DNA of 64,000 nt from a bacterium (GTDB lineage: Bacteria; Bacillota; Clostridia; Oscillospirales; CAG-272), in assembly GCA_963643035.1 (NCBI GenBank), contig CAVIKO010000005.1, positions 1,170 to 65,169 of the forward strand, written 5' to 3'. Position numbers and translations under genes: made by a program. Positions 37,291 through 45,928 of the stretch are shown in pieces (the stretch's first letter is position 1; each line of letters begins with the position of its first letter). The notes under the pieces were generated by a model. It did not search any database, had not been told where the DNA came from, and was given only the letters and a program-made list of their open reading frames with translations.

Positions 37291-38187
37291 ATGTTCACTG
37301 ACGCACAGGGACGCAAATGGTTCAAGGGCAATCTGCATACCCACACGACGGAATCGGACGGCAGAATCTCGCCGGAGGAATGCTATGCCCTATACAAATC
37401 GAAGGGATATGATTTTCTTGCCCGCACGGATCACTGGAAGGTGAGTGACGCAGGCGCATACGAGGGGATGCTCCTTCTCTCCGGCTGTGAATACGATTTC
37501 GGATCCGATCCGGCGGATGGCGTATACCACATTGTGGCACTCGGCATGGAGCGGGATCCGCAGATCACGCGAGCGATGACGCCGGGTGAAGCCGTGGAGC
37601 GCATCCACGCAAACGGGGGACTGGCAAATATCGCGCATCCGGCATGGTCGCTGGATACGCCTGACCAGATCCTGCGCTACGGCAATATTTTTGACATGAC
37701 GGAAATCTACAATTCCGTATCCGGTTTGCCGCGCAACGCCCGTCCGTACAGCGGTCTGATCGTGGACATGCTTGCCTCACGCGGGGTATATCTGCCCCTG
37801 ATCGCAGACGACGACGTACACTTCTATGTGCCTGGCTTTGATGCGTGCCGGAGCTTCATCATGGTGGAAGCCGAGGAATGCACGCGTGAATCGATCCTCG
37901 CGGCGATCGCGGCAAAACGATTCTACGCAACACAGGGGCCGGAGCTGTACGTGCGCATCGAAGGCGGCAAGCTCCTCGTGGACTGCTCCCCGGTCTGCGA
38001 GATCGTCTACTTCTCCAACCTGGTCTGGAGCGGTCATCGTGCAGATACGGCGGCGGACGGCGAGCGTTTGACCCACGGCGAATACACACCCCAGCAGAAC
38101 GACCGCTTCCTCCGCGTAGAGGTGCGCGATGCTGCCGGCAATATGGCGTGGAGCCAGATCTTTGACCGTTCTCAATGGCTTTCATAA
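37291..38187 (+). CDS. PHP-domain metal-dependent phosphoesterase (CehA/McbA-like)
   Basis: WFKGNLHTHTTESDG N-terminal His cluster, later TDHW and IAHP. 298 aa. Confidence 0.8.
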   Translation: MFTDAQGRKWFKGNLHTHTTESDGRISPEECYALYKSKGYDFLARTDHWKVSDAGAYEGMLLLSGCEYDFGSDPADGVYHIVALGMERDPQITRAMTPGEAVERIHANGGLANIAHPAWSLDTPDQILRYGNIFDMTEIYNSVSGLPRNARPYSGLIVDMLASRGVYLPLIADDDVHFYVPGFDACRSFIMVEAEECTRESILAAIAAKRFYATQGPELYVRIEGGKLLVDCSPVCEIVYFSNLVWSGHRADTAADGERLTHGEYTPQQNDRFLRVEVRDAAGNMAWSQIFDRSQWLS

Positions 38188-38362
38188 GGACACACCGCAC
38201 ACAACATTCCCTTATATAGACCGAAAACTGAAAAAACGATTGTCGGCTCCTTTTTCGGAAATTCTTTTCGCCCAAAGGAGCCGATAATCTTTCTGAAAAC
38301 ACTAATGTAGGGTGGATGTATTCAGCGCATCCTTACAAATTTTCCACACAAAACAGCACTTC

Positions 38363-38411
38363 CTTCCAAAACGAAACCGCCCTGCCGGGAATTTCCCGAT
38401 AGAGCGGTTTT
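38363..38411 (-). terminator. intrinsic terminator after SBP paralog 3
   Basis: Minus strand AAACCGC...CGGGAAATTCCCG...GCGGTTT followed by CGTTTT. Confidence 0.45.
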
Positions 38412-38428
38412 ATACGTAAAAAAGATGA

Positions 38429-39895
38429 TTACTGCACTACCACGCCGCCCGCAGCTACGATGGCTTTTTCGATAGCGGGGATCTTCTTTTCGACGCGGGA
38501 GACAAAATCAGTGCGATTGCCCTTCAGATAGGAGGCGAAAATGCCATCCTTGATCGCATCGTTGAACATTGTCGCGCCCAGATCGTAGTAGACATTGTTG
38601 AGAATCAGATCGAGCATCTGCGCGGATACGCTGTCCCGGCTCACCTTCTGCTTCAGCGTTGTCTCGTAGTACGCCGGCATGACATCGCGATAGGAGAGAT
38701 AGTGCATCATTTCCAGTACCGCGCCCACCAATTCCGGATCCTTCACCATTGCAGGAACCGTCGTGATCCGGCTGCCTGCTTCCGCTACAGAGCCGTACTG
38801 CTCCTGCGCTTCGTCATATTTCGGGAACGGGATGATACCGAAATCCGACACCATATCCCGCAGCAGACAAGCCGAATAGAACGTGTGATCTGCGAATAAC
38901 GCCTGATCGTCCTGGAAATACGTATCCGTCAGATAGTAGTTGTTCGAGTTATCCGATTTCGTGTACCAGAAGCCCGCCTCCCAGACCATGTTCGCCACCG
39001 TCTCGCATACATCCGCGATCCGCGTGTCTGTCAGCAGCGCAATCTTTACGCCGTCCGCCGTACGCTCGATCGTCCGACTCCGCGCCGCCGTCACGAAATT
39101 CATCAACAGCATGTTCGATCCGCCGACATAGCCGTAAATATCCTCTTTTCCGAACTCGCCGTCGCCGTTTACATCCTGAATCGCCGTATGTGCCATTTCG
39201 CTGAACTTATCCATCGTCCACGCGCCGGAGGATACCAGCTCGTAGGGATCGTCAAGTCCCAAATCGGCGACCATATTTTTATTAAACAGCAGCACGTGCG
39301 TGAAATCGTATATGCCGAGATTCGCGCTGCCGTAAGTGATATAACGCGCATCGCTGAAATTGATTGTGTCGTTGATGTCCTTCAGCCACCAATCTGCGTC
39401 GATATGAACGTCCGGCAGCGTTGTCACATCCATGAAATAACCTTCCTGCGCCCTTGCGAACGCGTGACGCTCCAGAAGCATCGCCAGATCATATGTCGTA
39501 TCGCCGGACTGAACCTGATTCACAAGCGTATCCGTAGCCTTCATCGAATCCGACTCAACGTTATCCTCCGCAAAAACGATGTTGAATTTTTCCTCAATTG
39601 CCTTGGTGCGGTTATACATCGCATCGTTCAGCACGTCTCCGGTCAGCTCCGTGATCGTGAATATATAGTGCTGCGTCCCGGATTTGCTCGTTGTAATTCG
39701 AAATTCCGCACCTTCAAAATCGCGATCCGCCACCGGATCCGCCGCCTCTGTTTCCGTTTCTGTTTCCGCGACTGTCTGCTCTGTGTCCCCGACACCGTTC
39801 GCCTCTGTCTCCGTGACAGCCGTCCCGCTGCCGCATCCGGTCAGTATCGCCGCCAAAAGCAGCAGCGCAATTGTCTTTTTCGCCTTTCCAAGCAT
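38429..39895 (-). CDS. orphan ABC-type solute-binding lipoprotein, paralog 3
   Basis: ATG at 39895 (MLGKAKKTIALLLLAAILTGCG, lipobox LTGC) lies 10 nt from GGAGG. The track start 39904 is too close to the SD. Shares the paralog motifs. Confidence 0.85.
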   Translation of the reverse strand: MLGKAKKTIALLLLAAILTGCGSGTAVTETEANGVGDTEQTVAETETETEAADPVADRDFEGAEFRITTSKSGTQHYIFTITELTGDVLNDAMYNRTKAIEEKFNIVFAEDNVESDSMKATDTLVNQVQSGDTTYDLAMLLERHAFARAQEGYFMDVTTLPDVHIDADWWLKDINDTINFSDARYITYGSANLGIYDFTHVLLFNKNMVADLGLDDPYELVSSGAWTMDKFSEMAHTAIQDVNGDGEFGKEDIYGYVGGSNMLLMNFVTAARSRTIERTADGVKIALLTDTRIADVCETVANMVWEAGFWYTKSDNSNNYYLTDTYFQDDQALFADHTFYSACLLRDMVSDFGIIPFPKYDEAQEQYGSVAEAGSRITTVPAMVKDPELVGAVLEMMHYLSYRDVMPAYYETTLKQKVSRDSVSAQMLDLILNNVYYDLGATMFNDAIKDGIFASYLKGNRTDFVSRVEKKIPAIEKAIVAAGGVVVQ

Positions 39896-40104
39896 TTTTA
39901 CCATGCCTCCGTTTTCTAAGGAAACGCTTCATAGACTGCCTATTTCTTTTACGCCCAAAAACACATATTCGTGCTTCTCGGTGCAAAATCTCAGTATAGG
40001 CAGCGCATTCCCAAAATTTTTGCCGTTTGCCATAGTATACACCACTTCCATCCGATATGCAAGTCCCACGGCGCATATTTTAACACTTTATTTCGTGAAA
40101 GCCC

Positions 40105-40134
40105 TTGCAACTTCCCGTTGGAATGTGCTATAAT
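40105..40134 (+). promoter_or_regulatory. promoter of the yerC-like / methyltransferase pair
   Basis: TTGCAA-18 nt-TATAAT with TG extension (TGCTATAAT). Confidence 0.55.
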
Positions 40135-40234
40135 ATCGACAGATACCGTTACGAAAGGAAACGCAGAAAAATAGAACATACCCAGAGGGGAAACGAAAAC
40201 GGCATCCCCCGTTTCTCCTCCAAAGTTCTCATAA

Positions 40235-40591
40235 ATGCGAATGATAGATATGGCTCAGCCCAAAAGAGATAAGAAGAAGGATTATTTGTTTCAGGCGATA
40301 CTGACCCTCCGAACCGTGGACGACTGCTACAATTTTTTCGAGGATCTTTGCACCATCAAAGAAATCGAGGAAATGGCGAAGCGGATGTGCGGTGCAAAGA
40401 TGCTGTCGGACAATAAGATCTACACCGAGATCACCGAGGCAACCGGGCTGTCCACCGCCACCATCAGCCGTATCAACCGATCCCTCCGGTATGGTACCGA
40501 TGGATACAGCGCGGTACTGGAACGGCTCGGCAGTAATCCAGGCCCCTATGATGCCGACAGCAATTCCAAAACCGAAAAGGAGAATCCGTAA
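40235..40591 (+). CDS. YerC/YecD-family TrpR-like DNA-binding protein
   Basis: DYLFQAILTLRTVDDCYNFFEDLCTIKEIEEMAKR...TGLSTATISRINRSL is typical of the family. The exact start is uncertain (no SD). Confidence 0.8.
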   Translation: MRMIDMAQPKRDKKKDYLFQAILTLRTVDDCYNFFEDLCTIKEIEEMAKRMCGAKMLSDNKIYTEITEATGLSTATISRINRSLRYGTDGYSAVLERLGSNPGPYDADSNSKTEKENP

Positions 40592-41364
40592 TGGCAAGTT
40601 GCGCAATGGATGGATACACCGCTCTCGCTCCCGTGTACAACAGACTGAACGAGGACGTTGATTACGAAAAGTGGGCAGATTCTATCACCGCGCAAATCGA
40701 ACGGGAATTTCGCGGAGAGGGCAAGCCGTCCCTCCTTCTGGAACTGGGCTGTGGTACAGGCTCCATGACCCGCGAGCTGTGCAGACGCGGCTTCGACATG
40801 ACCGCGCTCGATATTTCCGAGGAGATGCTCTCCGTTGCCGAGGTAAGACTGCGGGAAGAGGGGATCGAAAATGTCCTCTGGCTTCACGAAAGCATGACGG
40901 ATTTTGAACTGTATGGCACCGTGGACTGCGTGGTCTGCTGTCTCGACGGGATCAATCACCTCACCGGCCGGGACGAGCTTGCCGACTGCTTCCATCTCGT
41001 CGCGCAATACCTCAATCCCGGCGGACTCTTCCTCTTTGACGTGAATACACCCGCGAAATTCCGCACGAAATACGCCGATAACGATTATCTCCTTGAACAG
41101 GACGGAGCGGTGCTGTGCTGGTCCAATCGCCTGTCGAAAAAGGGCGATGTGTGCGATTTCTACCTCACCGTTTTTGAGAAACAGAAATCCGGACTATACA
41201 AACGCTCCGACGGCGTGACCCGTGAACGCTGCTACGGTATGCGCGCCCTGCAAAATCACGCCAAGGCCGCCGGACTCACCTGGGTCGCCTGCCACGGCAC
41301 CATAGACGGAGGCAAACCGGACGAGAAGTGCGACCGGTGGTACATTACCCTGCGAAAGGAATGA
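40591..41364 (+). CDS. class I SAM-dependent methyltransferase
   Basis: LLELGCGTGSMT motif I. The start overlaps the upstream stop (TAATG). SD AAAAGGAGAA. Confidence 0.85.
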   Translation: MASCAMDGYTALAPVYNRLNEDVDYEKWADSITAQIEREFRGEGKPSLLLELGCGTGSMTRELCRRGFDMTALDISEEMLSVAEVRLREEGIENVLWLHESMTDFELYGTVDCVVCCLDGINHLTGRDELADCFHLVAQYLNPGGLFLFDVNTPAKFRTKYADNDYLLEQDGAVLCWSNRLSKKGDVCDFYLTVFEKQKSGLYKRSDGVTRERCYGMRALQNHAKAAGLTWVACHGTIDGGKPDEKCDRWYITLRKE

Positions 41365-41487
41365 GAGAGGTGCCATTCTCCTCATTCTTATCAAGCCCTA
41401 TTCATTCCTCCTGACAAAAACCGCAAAAAGTGCCCGCTCCATGGACTGCACGATCCACAGAGCGGGCGTTTGTTATGCTGTTTTGGC

Positions 41488-42174
41488 TCAGTGCTTCTTC
41501 GATACCACGTATGCTGCGCCGGCGGAGAGGAGAAGAACCATTGCGGAAACGGCGAAATCAGCGGTCTTCGGTGCTGCCACCACTTCCGCTGCGGCGGCGT
41601 TATCTACGACCTCCGCCTCGGTTTCGGCTGCGGTTTCCTCTACAAAGATCACTTCCACGTAGTCGGCGTTGACGCTCTTGACCACGTCACCTGCGTTCGC
41701 GTCACGGTTGAAGTCCTCGGAGGTGGTGACGGCGATAACGTGCTTGCCGGCCTCCAGCGTGATGGTCAGTTCATAGGTACGGAATTCCTCACCGTACAGC
41801 TCCGGCAGCTCGTCCATGTTGATCTCCACCTCGTAGCGTTCGCCGTCCACGAGAATGTCGGCCTTCTTGGTGTCGCCCGCGTTGGTATCGTAGCAGAATG
41901 CAATCTTATATACGCCGGTCTTTTCGAGATTGATTTCCGGGAAGGTAACGGTGGATGCCATCTGGGGCGCGTCGTTCGTGCCGCCCAAGCCTACGATCTT
42001 GCCGTTCGAGGCAATGGGAACATCCTGAATATTGCCATCCTTGTATTCCTTGGCAGCTCCGGTGATTTCGCCGTCCTCACATTCGAAATGGTACAGCACA
42101 TCCTCCGCGCTGACTGCTACACAAAGGGTAAGCATCAAAACCGCACACAGTACGGCAGAGAGAATCTTCTTCAT
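41488..42174 (-). CDS. secreted CBM-like protein with a C-terminal sorting-signal-like anchor
   Basis: ATG at 42174 (MKKILSAVLCAVLMLTLCVAVSAEDV). Beta-sandwich-like domain (TYELTITLEAGKHVIAV) related to the SBP N-terminal modules. C-terminus is APKTAD, then a hydrophobic stretch, then KKH. Confidence 0.75.
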   Translation of the reverse strand: MKKILSAVLCAVLMLTLCVAVSAEDVLYHFECEDGEITGAAKEYKDGNIQDVPIASNGKIVGLGGTNDAPQMASTVTFPEINLEKTGVYKIAFCYDTNAGDTKKADILVDGERYEVEINMDELPELYGEEFRTYELTITLEAGKHVIAVTTSEDFNRDANAGDVVKSVNADYVEVIFVEETAAETEAEVVDNAAAAEVVAAPKTADFAVSAMVLLLSAGAAYVVSKKH

Positions 42175-42374
42175 GGTCATAATCCTTTCGCATTGTGATA
42201 AAAATGGGGTTCGCGGTCGTCCCGTGCAAGGCACCCGCATAGTATGTGGTATGTTGAGTATACCATGTTCGCACAGATTTGTCAAGAATTTTGCGTATTT
42301 TTTTCACAGTTTAGTCATGATTTTTTCCAACCTGTCCCATGACGGAAAATTTCCATAAAATTCACCGGATCCCG

Positions 42375-42403
42375 TCCCACACGTCATGGATATGTGGTAT
42401 ACT
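42375..42403 (+). promoter_or_regulatory. extended -10 promoter of glpK
   Basis: TGTGGTATACT. Weak -35. Confidence 0.4.
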
Positions 42404-42441
42404 ATAGGAAAGAAATTCGTTTCACAAGGAGGCTTCCTTCC

Positions 42442-43920
42442 ATGAAAAAGTATCTGCTTGCTCTCGATGAAGGCACAACCAGCGCACGGGCGATCCTCTT
42501 TGCGCGGGACGGCGGGATTGTCGCGACGGCGAATCAGGCGATCCGGCAGATTTATCCGCACCCCGGCTGGGTCGAGCAGGATCCGATGGACATTTACGCC
42601 GCGCAGATGGCAGCTCTGACCGAATGTGTTGCAAAAAGCGGGATCCATCCGGATGAGATTGCCGCGGTCGGGATCACGAATCAAAGAGAAACGGCGATTT
42701 TGTGGGATCGGAAAACCGGTGTCCCCGTCGCCCCCGCGATTGTGTGGCAATGCCGCCGTACCGCGGATCGATGCACGGCTCTGTACGCGGACGGCTGTGA
42801 CAGGGCAATCCGTGCAAAAACCGGACTGCGCCCGGACGCGTATTTTTCCGCCACAAAATGGGAGTGGATCTTCCGGGAAAATCCCGATCTGCTCCGCCGT
42901 GCACAACGGGGAGAGCTTGCCGCCGGAACCGTCGATACGTGGCTCGCGTGGAAGCTCACAGACGGGAGGATCCACGTCACCGACCGCACCAACGCCGCGC
43001 GCACCATGCTCTACAACATTCACACCGACGCATGGGATGAGGAACTGCTTTCCCTGTTCGGGATCCCACGGTGTATTTTGCCGGAGGTGCGCTCATCCGG
43101 AGAACACTATGGGGAGATCGCCATTCTCGGTACGCCTGTGCCGCTTGCCGGAATCGCCGGGGATCAACAGTCCGCTCTGTTCGGACACCGCTGTTTTGCA
43201 CCGGGCGACGCGAAAAATACGTATGGTACCGGATGCTTTCTTCTCATGCACACCGGACAGACTGCCGTGGACAGCCGCTGCGGACTGCTTACAACCATCG
43301 CAGCGGGAGAGACGGGCAGACCTGTCGAATACGCCTTGGAGGGGAGTGTCTTTGTCGGCGGGGCTGTGATCCAGTGGCTGCGGGACGAGATGCACCTGAT
43401 CGACCATGCCGCACAGTCCGAACAGCTCGCCCAAAGCGTATCCGACACCGGCGGGGTGTACATTGTGCCGGCGTTCACGGGACTGGGCGCACCGTACTGG
43501 GATCCGAACGCCAGAGGAACGATCACCGGACTGACACGCGGCTCCGGCAGGGCGCATATCGTCCGCGCCGCACTGGAATCGATCGCCTATCAGACAGAGG
43601 ATGTCCTTGCCGCCATGCGCACGGATGTGGATCATCCGATTTCGGCATTGCGGGTGGACGGCGGCGCGGCAGCGAACGATTTTCTGATGCAGTTCCAGTC
43701 CGATCTCTCCGGCGTGCCTGTCCTCCGTCCGCAGATCACCGAAGCAACCGCGTGGGGCGCGGCCTGTCTTGCCGGTTTAGGGGTCGGCTTCTATCGCACA
43801 AGGGACGAAATCCCGGAAAACAGCATTGCCGCCCGGTTTGATCCGCAGATTGATACCGATACACGTGCGAAATGGGCAGACGGCTGGAGCCATGCGATCG
43901 CAGCGGCGCGTACAATATAG
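42442..43920 (+). CDS. glpK: glycerol kinase
   Basis: ATG at 42442 with SD AAGGAGG. MKKYLLALDEGTTSARAILF and the full FGGY-kinase length. Confidence 0.95.
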   Translation: MKKYLLALDEGTTSARAILFARDGGIVATANQAIRQIYPHPGWVEQDPMDIYAAQMAALTECVAKSGIHPDEIAAVGITNQRETAILWDRKTGVPVAPAIVWQCRRTADRCTALYADGCDRAIRAKTGLRPDAYFSATKWEWIFRENPDLLRRAQRGELAAGTVDTWLAWKLTDGRIHVTDRTNAARTMLYNIHTDAWDEELLSLFGIPRCILPEVRSSGEHYGEIAILGTPVPLAGIAGDQQSALFGHRCFAPGDAKNTYGTGCFLLMHTGQTAVDSRCGLLTTIAAGETGRPVEYALEGSVFVGGAVIQWLRDEMHLIDHAAQSEQLAQSVSDTGGVYIVPAFTGLGAPYWDPNARGTITGLTRGSGRAHIVRAALESIAYQTEDVLAAMRTDVDHPISALRVDGGAAANDFLMQFQSDLSGVPVLRPQITEATAWGAACLAGLGVGFYRTRDEIPENSIAARFDPQIDTDTRAKWADGWSHAIAAARTI

Positions 43921-43932
43921 GAGGCATACACA

Positions 43933-44874
43933 ATGACCTGCGTTTCTCTTTCCATTCCCTCCACGGATGGCGTGCATCCAATTGCCGCGCGCGTCTATCT
44001 TCCCGCACCGGGAACTGCCGTGGTCGGGTATTTTCAGGTGGTTCATGGCATGGCGGAGCATATCGGGCGGTACGATCGATTTCTCTCCGACCTTGCCGCA
44101 CGGGGCTTTATCGCCTTTGGACACGATCATCTCGGTCACGGTCACACGGTATCCAACAGCGCGGAGTTGGGGCATATTGCGGACAAAAACGGCTGGCGGC
44201 TTCTCGCAGACGATGTGGCAGCGGTGCGTCGGCACGTGATGGCAGCGTATCCGGCAAAGGCAGCGTACATTCTCATGGGACACAGCATGGGTTCCTTCGT
44301 CGTGCGCACCGCATCGGTGCTTCACGGAACACCGGATGGACTGATCGTGATGGGAACGGGCGGCCCGAATCCGCTATCCGGGATAGGACTTTGTGCGATC
44401 CGCCTTGTGAAGGCTCTGCGCGGCGGGAAGCACCGCTCGCCGTTTCTCGAAAGGCTGGCGTTTGGCACGTATGACCGAGGATTCTCCGGTGACGGCGGCA
44501 GTCTCTGGCTCAGTGCGAACCCCGCCAATCGCGCCGCGTACCGCGCCGATCCGTTATGCGGATTCCGGTTTTCCGCCGCCGCCATGGAGGATCTCGTGCG
44601 GCTCCAGCGGTTCGCCAACAGCAAGGCGTTTTTTGATGGCATGGGATCCACCCCGGTTCTGCTTGTATCCGGCTGTGACGATCCGGTGGGCGACCACGGA
44701 CGTGGTGTGACGGCGGTATACAAGCGACTGCAAAAATCCGGTACGCCTGTGGAAATGAAGCTGTATGCAGGTCTGCGCCACGAGATTCTGAACGAGGGCG
44801 AGGCATACGGTGAGATCACCGGGGACATTCTCGACTTCGCTGTGCGCATCGCGAAAATGCCGGTTTGCGGCTGA
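43933..44874 (+). CDS. alpha/beta hydrolase (lysophospholipase / monoacylglycerol-lipase-like)
   Basis: Nucleophile elbow GHSMGS. HGMAEH region. SD TAGGAGG. 313 aa. Confidence 0.8.
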   Translation: MTCVSLSIPSTDGVHPIAARVYLPAPGTAVVGYFQVVHGMAEHIGRYDRFLSDLAARGFIAFGHDHLGHGHTVSNSAELGHIADKNGWRLLADDVAAVRRHVMAAYPAKAAYILMGHSMGSFVVRTASVLHGTPDGLIVMGTGGPNPLSGIGLCAIRLVKALRGGKHRSPFLERLAFGTYDRGFSGDGGSLWLSANPANRAAYRADPLCGFRFSAAAMEDLVRLQRFANSKAFFDGMGSTPVLLVSGCDDPVGDHGRGVTAVYKRLQKSGTPVEMKLYAGLRHEILNEGEAYGEITGDILDFAVRIAKMPVCG

Positions 44875-44925
44875 CGTATCTCTTTACAATACAGACCGTA
44901 TACACCGTCAGTTTTTCAAAACCTC

Positions 44926-44954
44926 TTGCAAATCCGTGCAAGTTATGGTATAAT
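44926..44954 (+). promoter_or_regulatory. promoter of the parvulin gene
   Basis: TTGCAA-17 nt-TATAAT with TG extension. Confidence 0.55.
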
Positions 44955-45035
44955 AGGGCAAAAAATGCTGTCTCCGTTCATCGGTGAACAGCGTCTTTCC
45001 AAGCATACATCTTACAGAACAAAGGAGACACCACC

Positions 45036-45782
45036 ATGGGGGAAGATAAAATCGTAGCGTCCGTCGGCGGAAAACCGATCACGGAGGCGGACGTCAGCCG
45101 GGAGATTGCCAGAATGGGGCAGCGGGGACAGAGCTACAATACGCCGCAGGGCAGAGCGATGGTTCTTGAGCAGCTCATCAACAAACGGCTCTTTTTACTG
45201 GACGCGCAGCGCAATCTGTACGAAAGAGAACCCGCGTTCAAGGAACAGCTTCAGGCGATCAAGGAGGAAATGCTCACGAGCTACGCGGTGCAGAAGGCCG
45301 TTGAGAGAGTGCGCGTGACCGAGGAAGAGGTCAAGAAGTACTACGAAGAAAACAAAGACAAATTCGTGTCCGGCACCAACTACAACGCCAGCCACATTCT
45401 CGTCGATTCCGAGGAGAAGGCGAATGAGCTGCTCAGTCAGATCCAAGCGGGCGAAATCACCTTTGAGGACGCGGCGCGTCAGTTCAGCACCTGTCCATCC
45501 GGCAAACAGGGCGGCGATCTGGGCGATTTCACCTCCGGGCAGATGGTTCCCGAATTTGAAAACGCGTGTGCCGCGATGGAGGTCGGTCAGACTGCCGGTC
45601 CGGTCAAGACGCAGTTCGGCTACCACATCATCCGACTGAACAAGAAGGAAGAGGGCGGCGATGTCAAATACGCGGACATCCGGGAGGAACTGACGGAGGC
45701 TCTCCGCGGCGAAAAGCAGCAGGCAGCGTACCAGAGCAAGATCAACCAGCTTAAGCTTCTCTATCCCGTAGACAAAATGTAA
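45036..45782 (+). CDS. peptidyl-prolyl isomerase, PpiC/parvulin type
   Basis: ASHILV...FEDAARQFSTCPSGKQGGDLGDF...FGYHII parvulin core. No obvious signal peptide. Confidence 0.85.
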   Translation: MGEDKIVASVGGKPITEADVSREIARMGQRGQSYNTPQGRAMVLEQLINKRLFLLDAQRNLYEREPAFKEQLQAIKEEMLTSYAVQKAVERVRVTEEEVKKYYEENKDKFVSGTNYNASHILVDSEEKANELLSQIQAGEITFEDAARQFSTCPSGKQGGDLGDFTSGQMVPEFENACAAMEVGQTAGPVKTQFGYHIIRLNKKEEGGDVKYADIREELTEALRGEKQQAAYQSKINQLKLLYPVDKM

Positions 45783-45874
45783 GAATAGAAACCGCCGATC
45801 TCAGGTTGATTTCGCACCCAAAGCCCTTTCATCCCATGCTTTTGACGTAAAATCCCGATGGGGGCATCGTTTCC

Positions 45875-45927
45875 AAAAAAACACCGGGAAAGCTTTCATA
45901 AAGGAAGGCTTTCCCGGCTTTTTCTTT
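45875..45927. terminator. bidirectional intrinsic terminator between convergent genes
   Basis: A-run, CCGGGAAAGC-N14-GCTTTCCCGG, T-run. Confidence 0.75.
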
Positions 45928-45928
45928 G

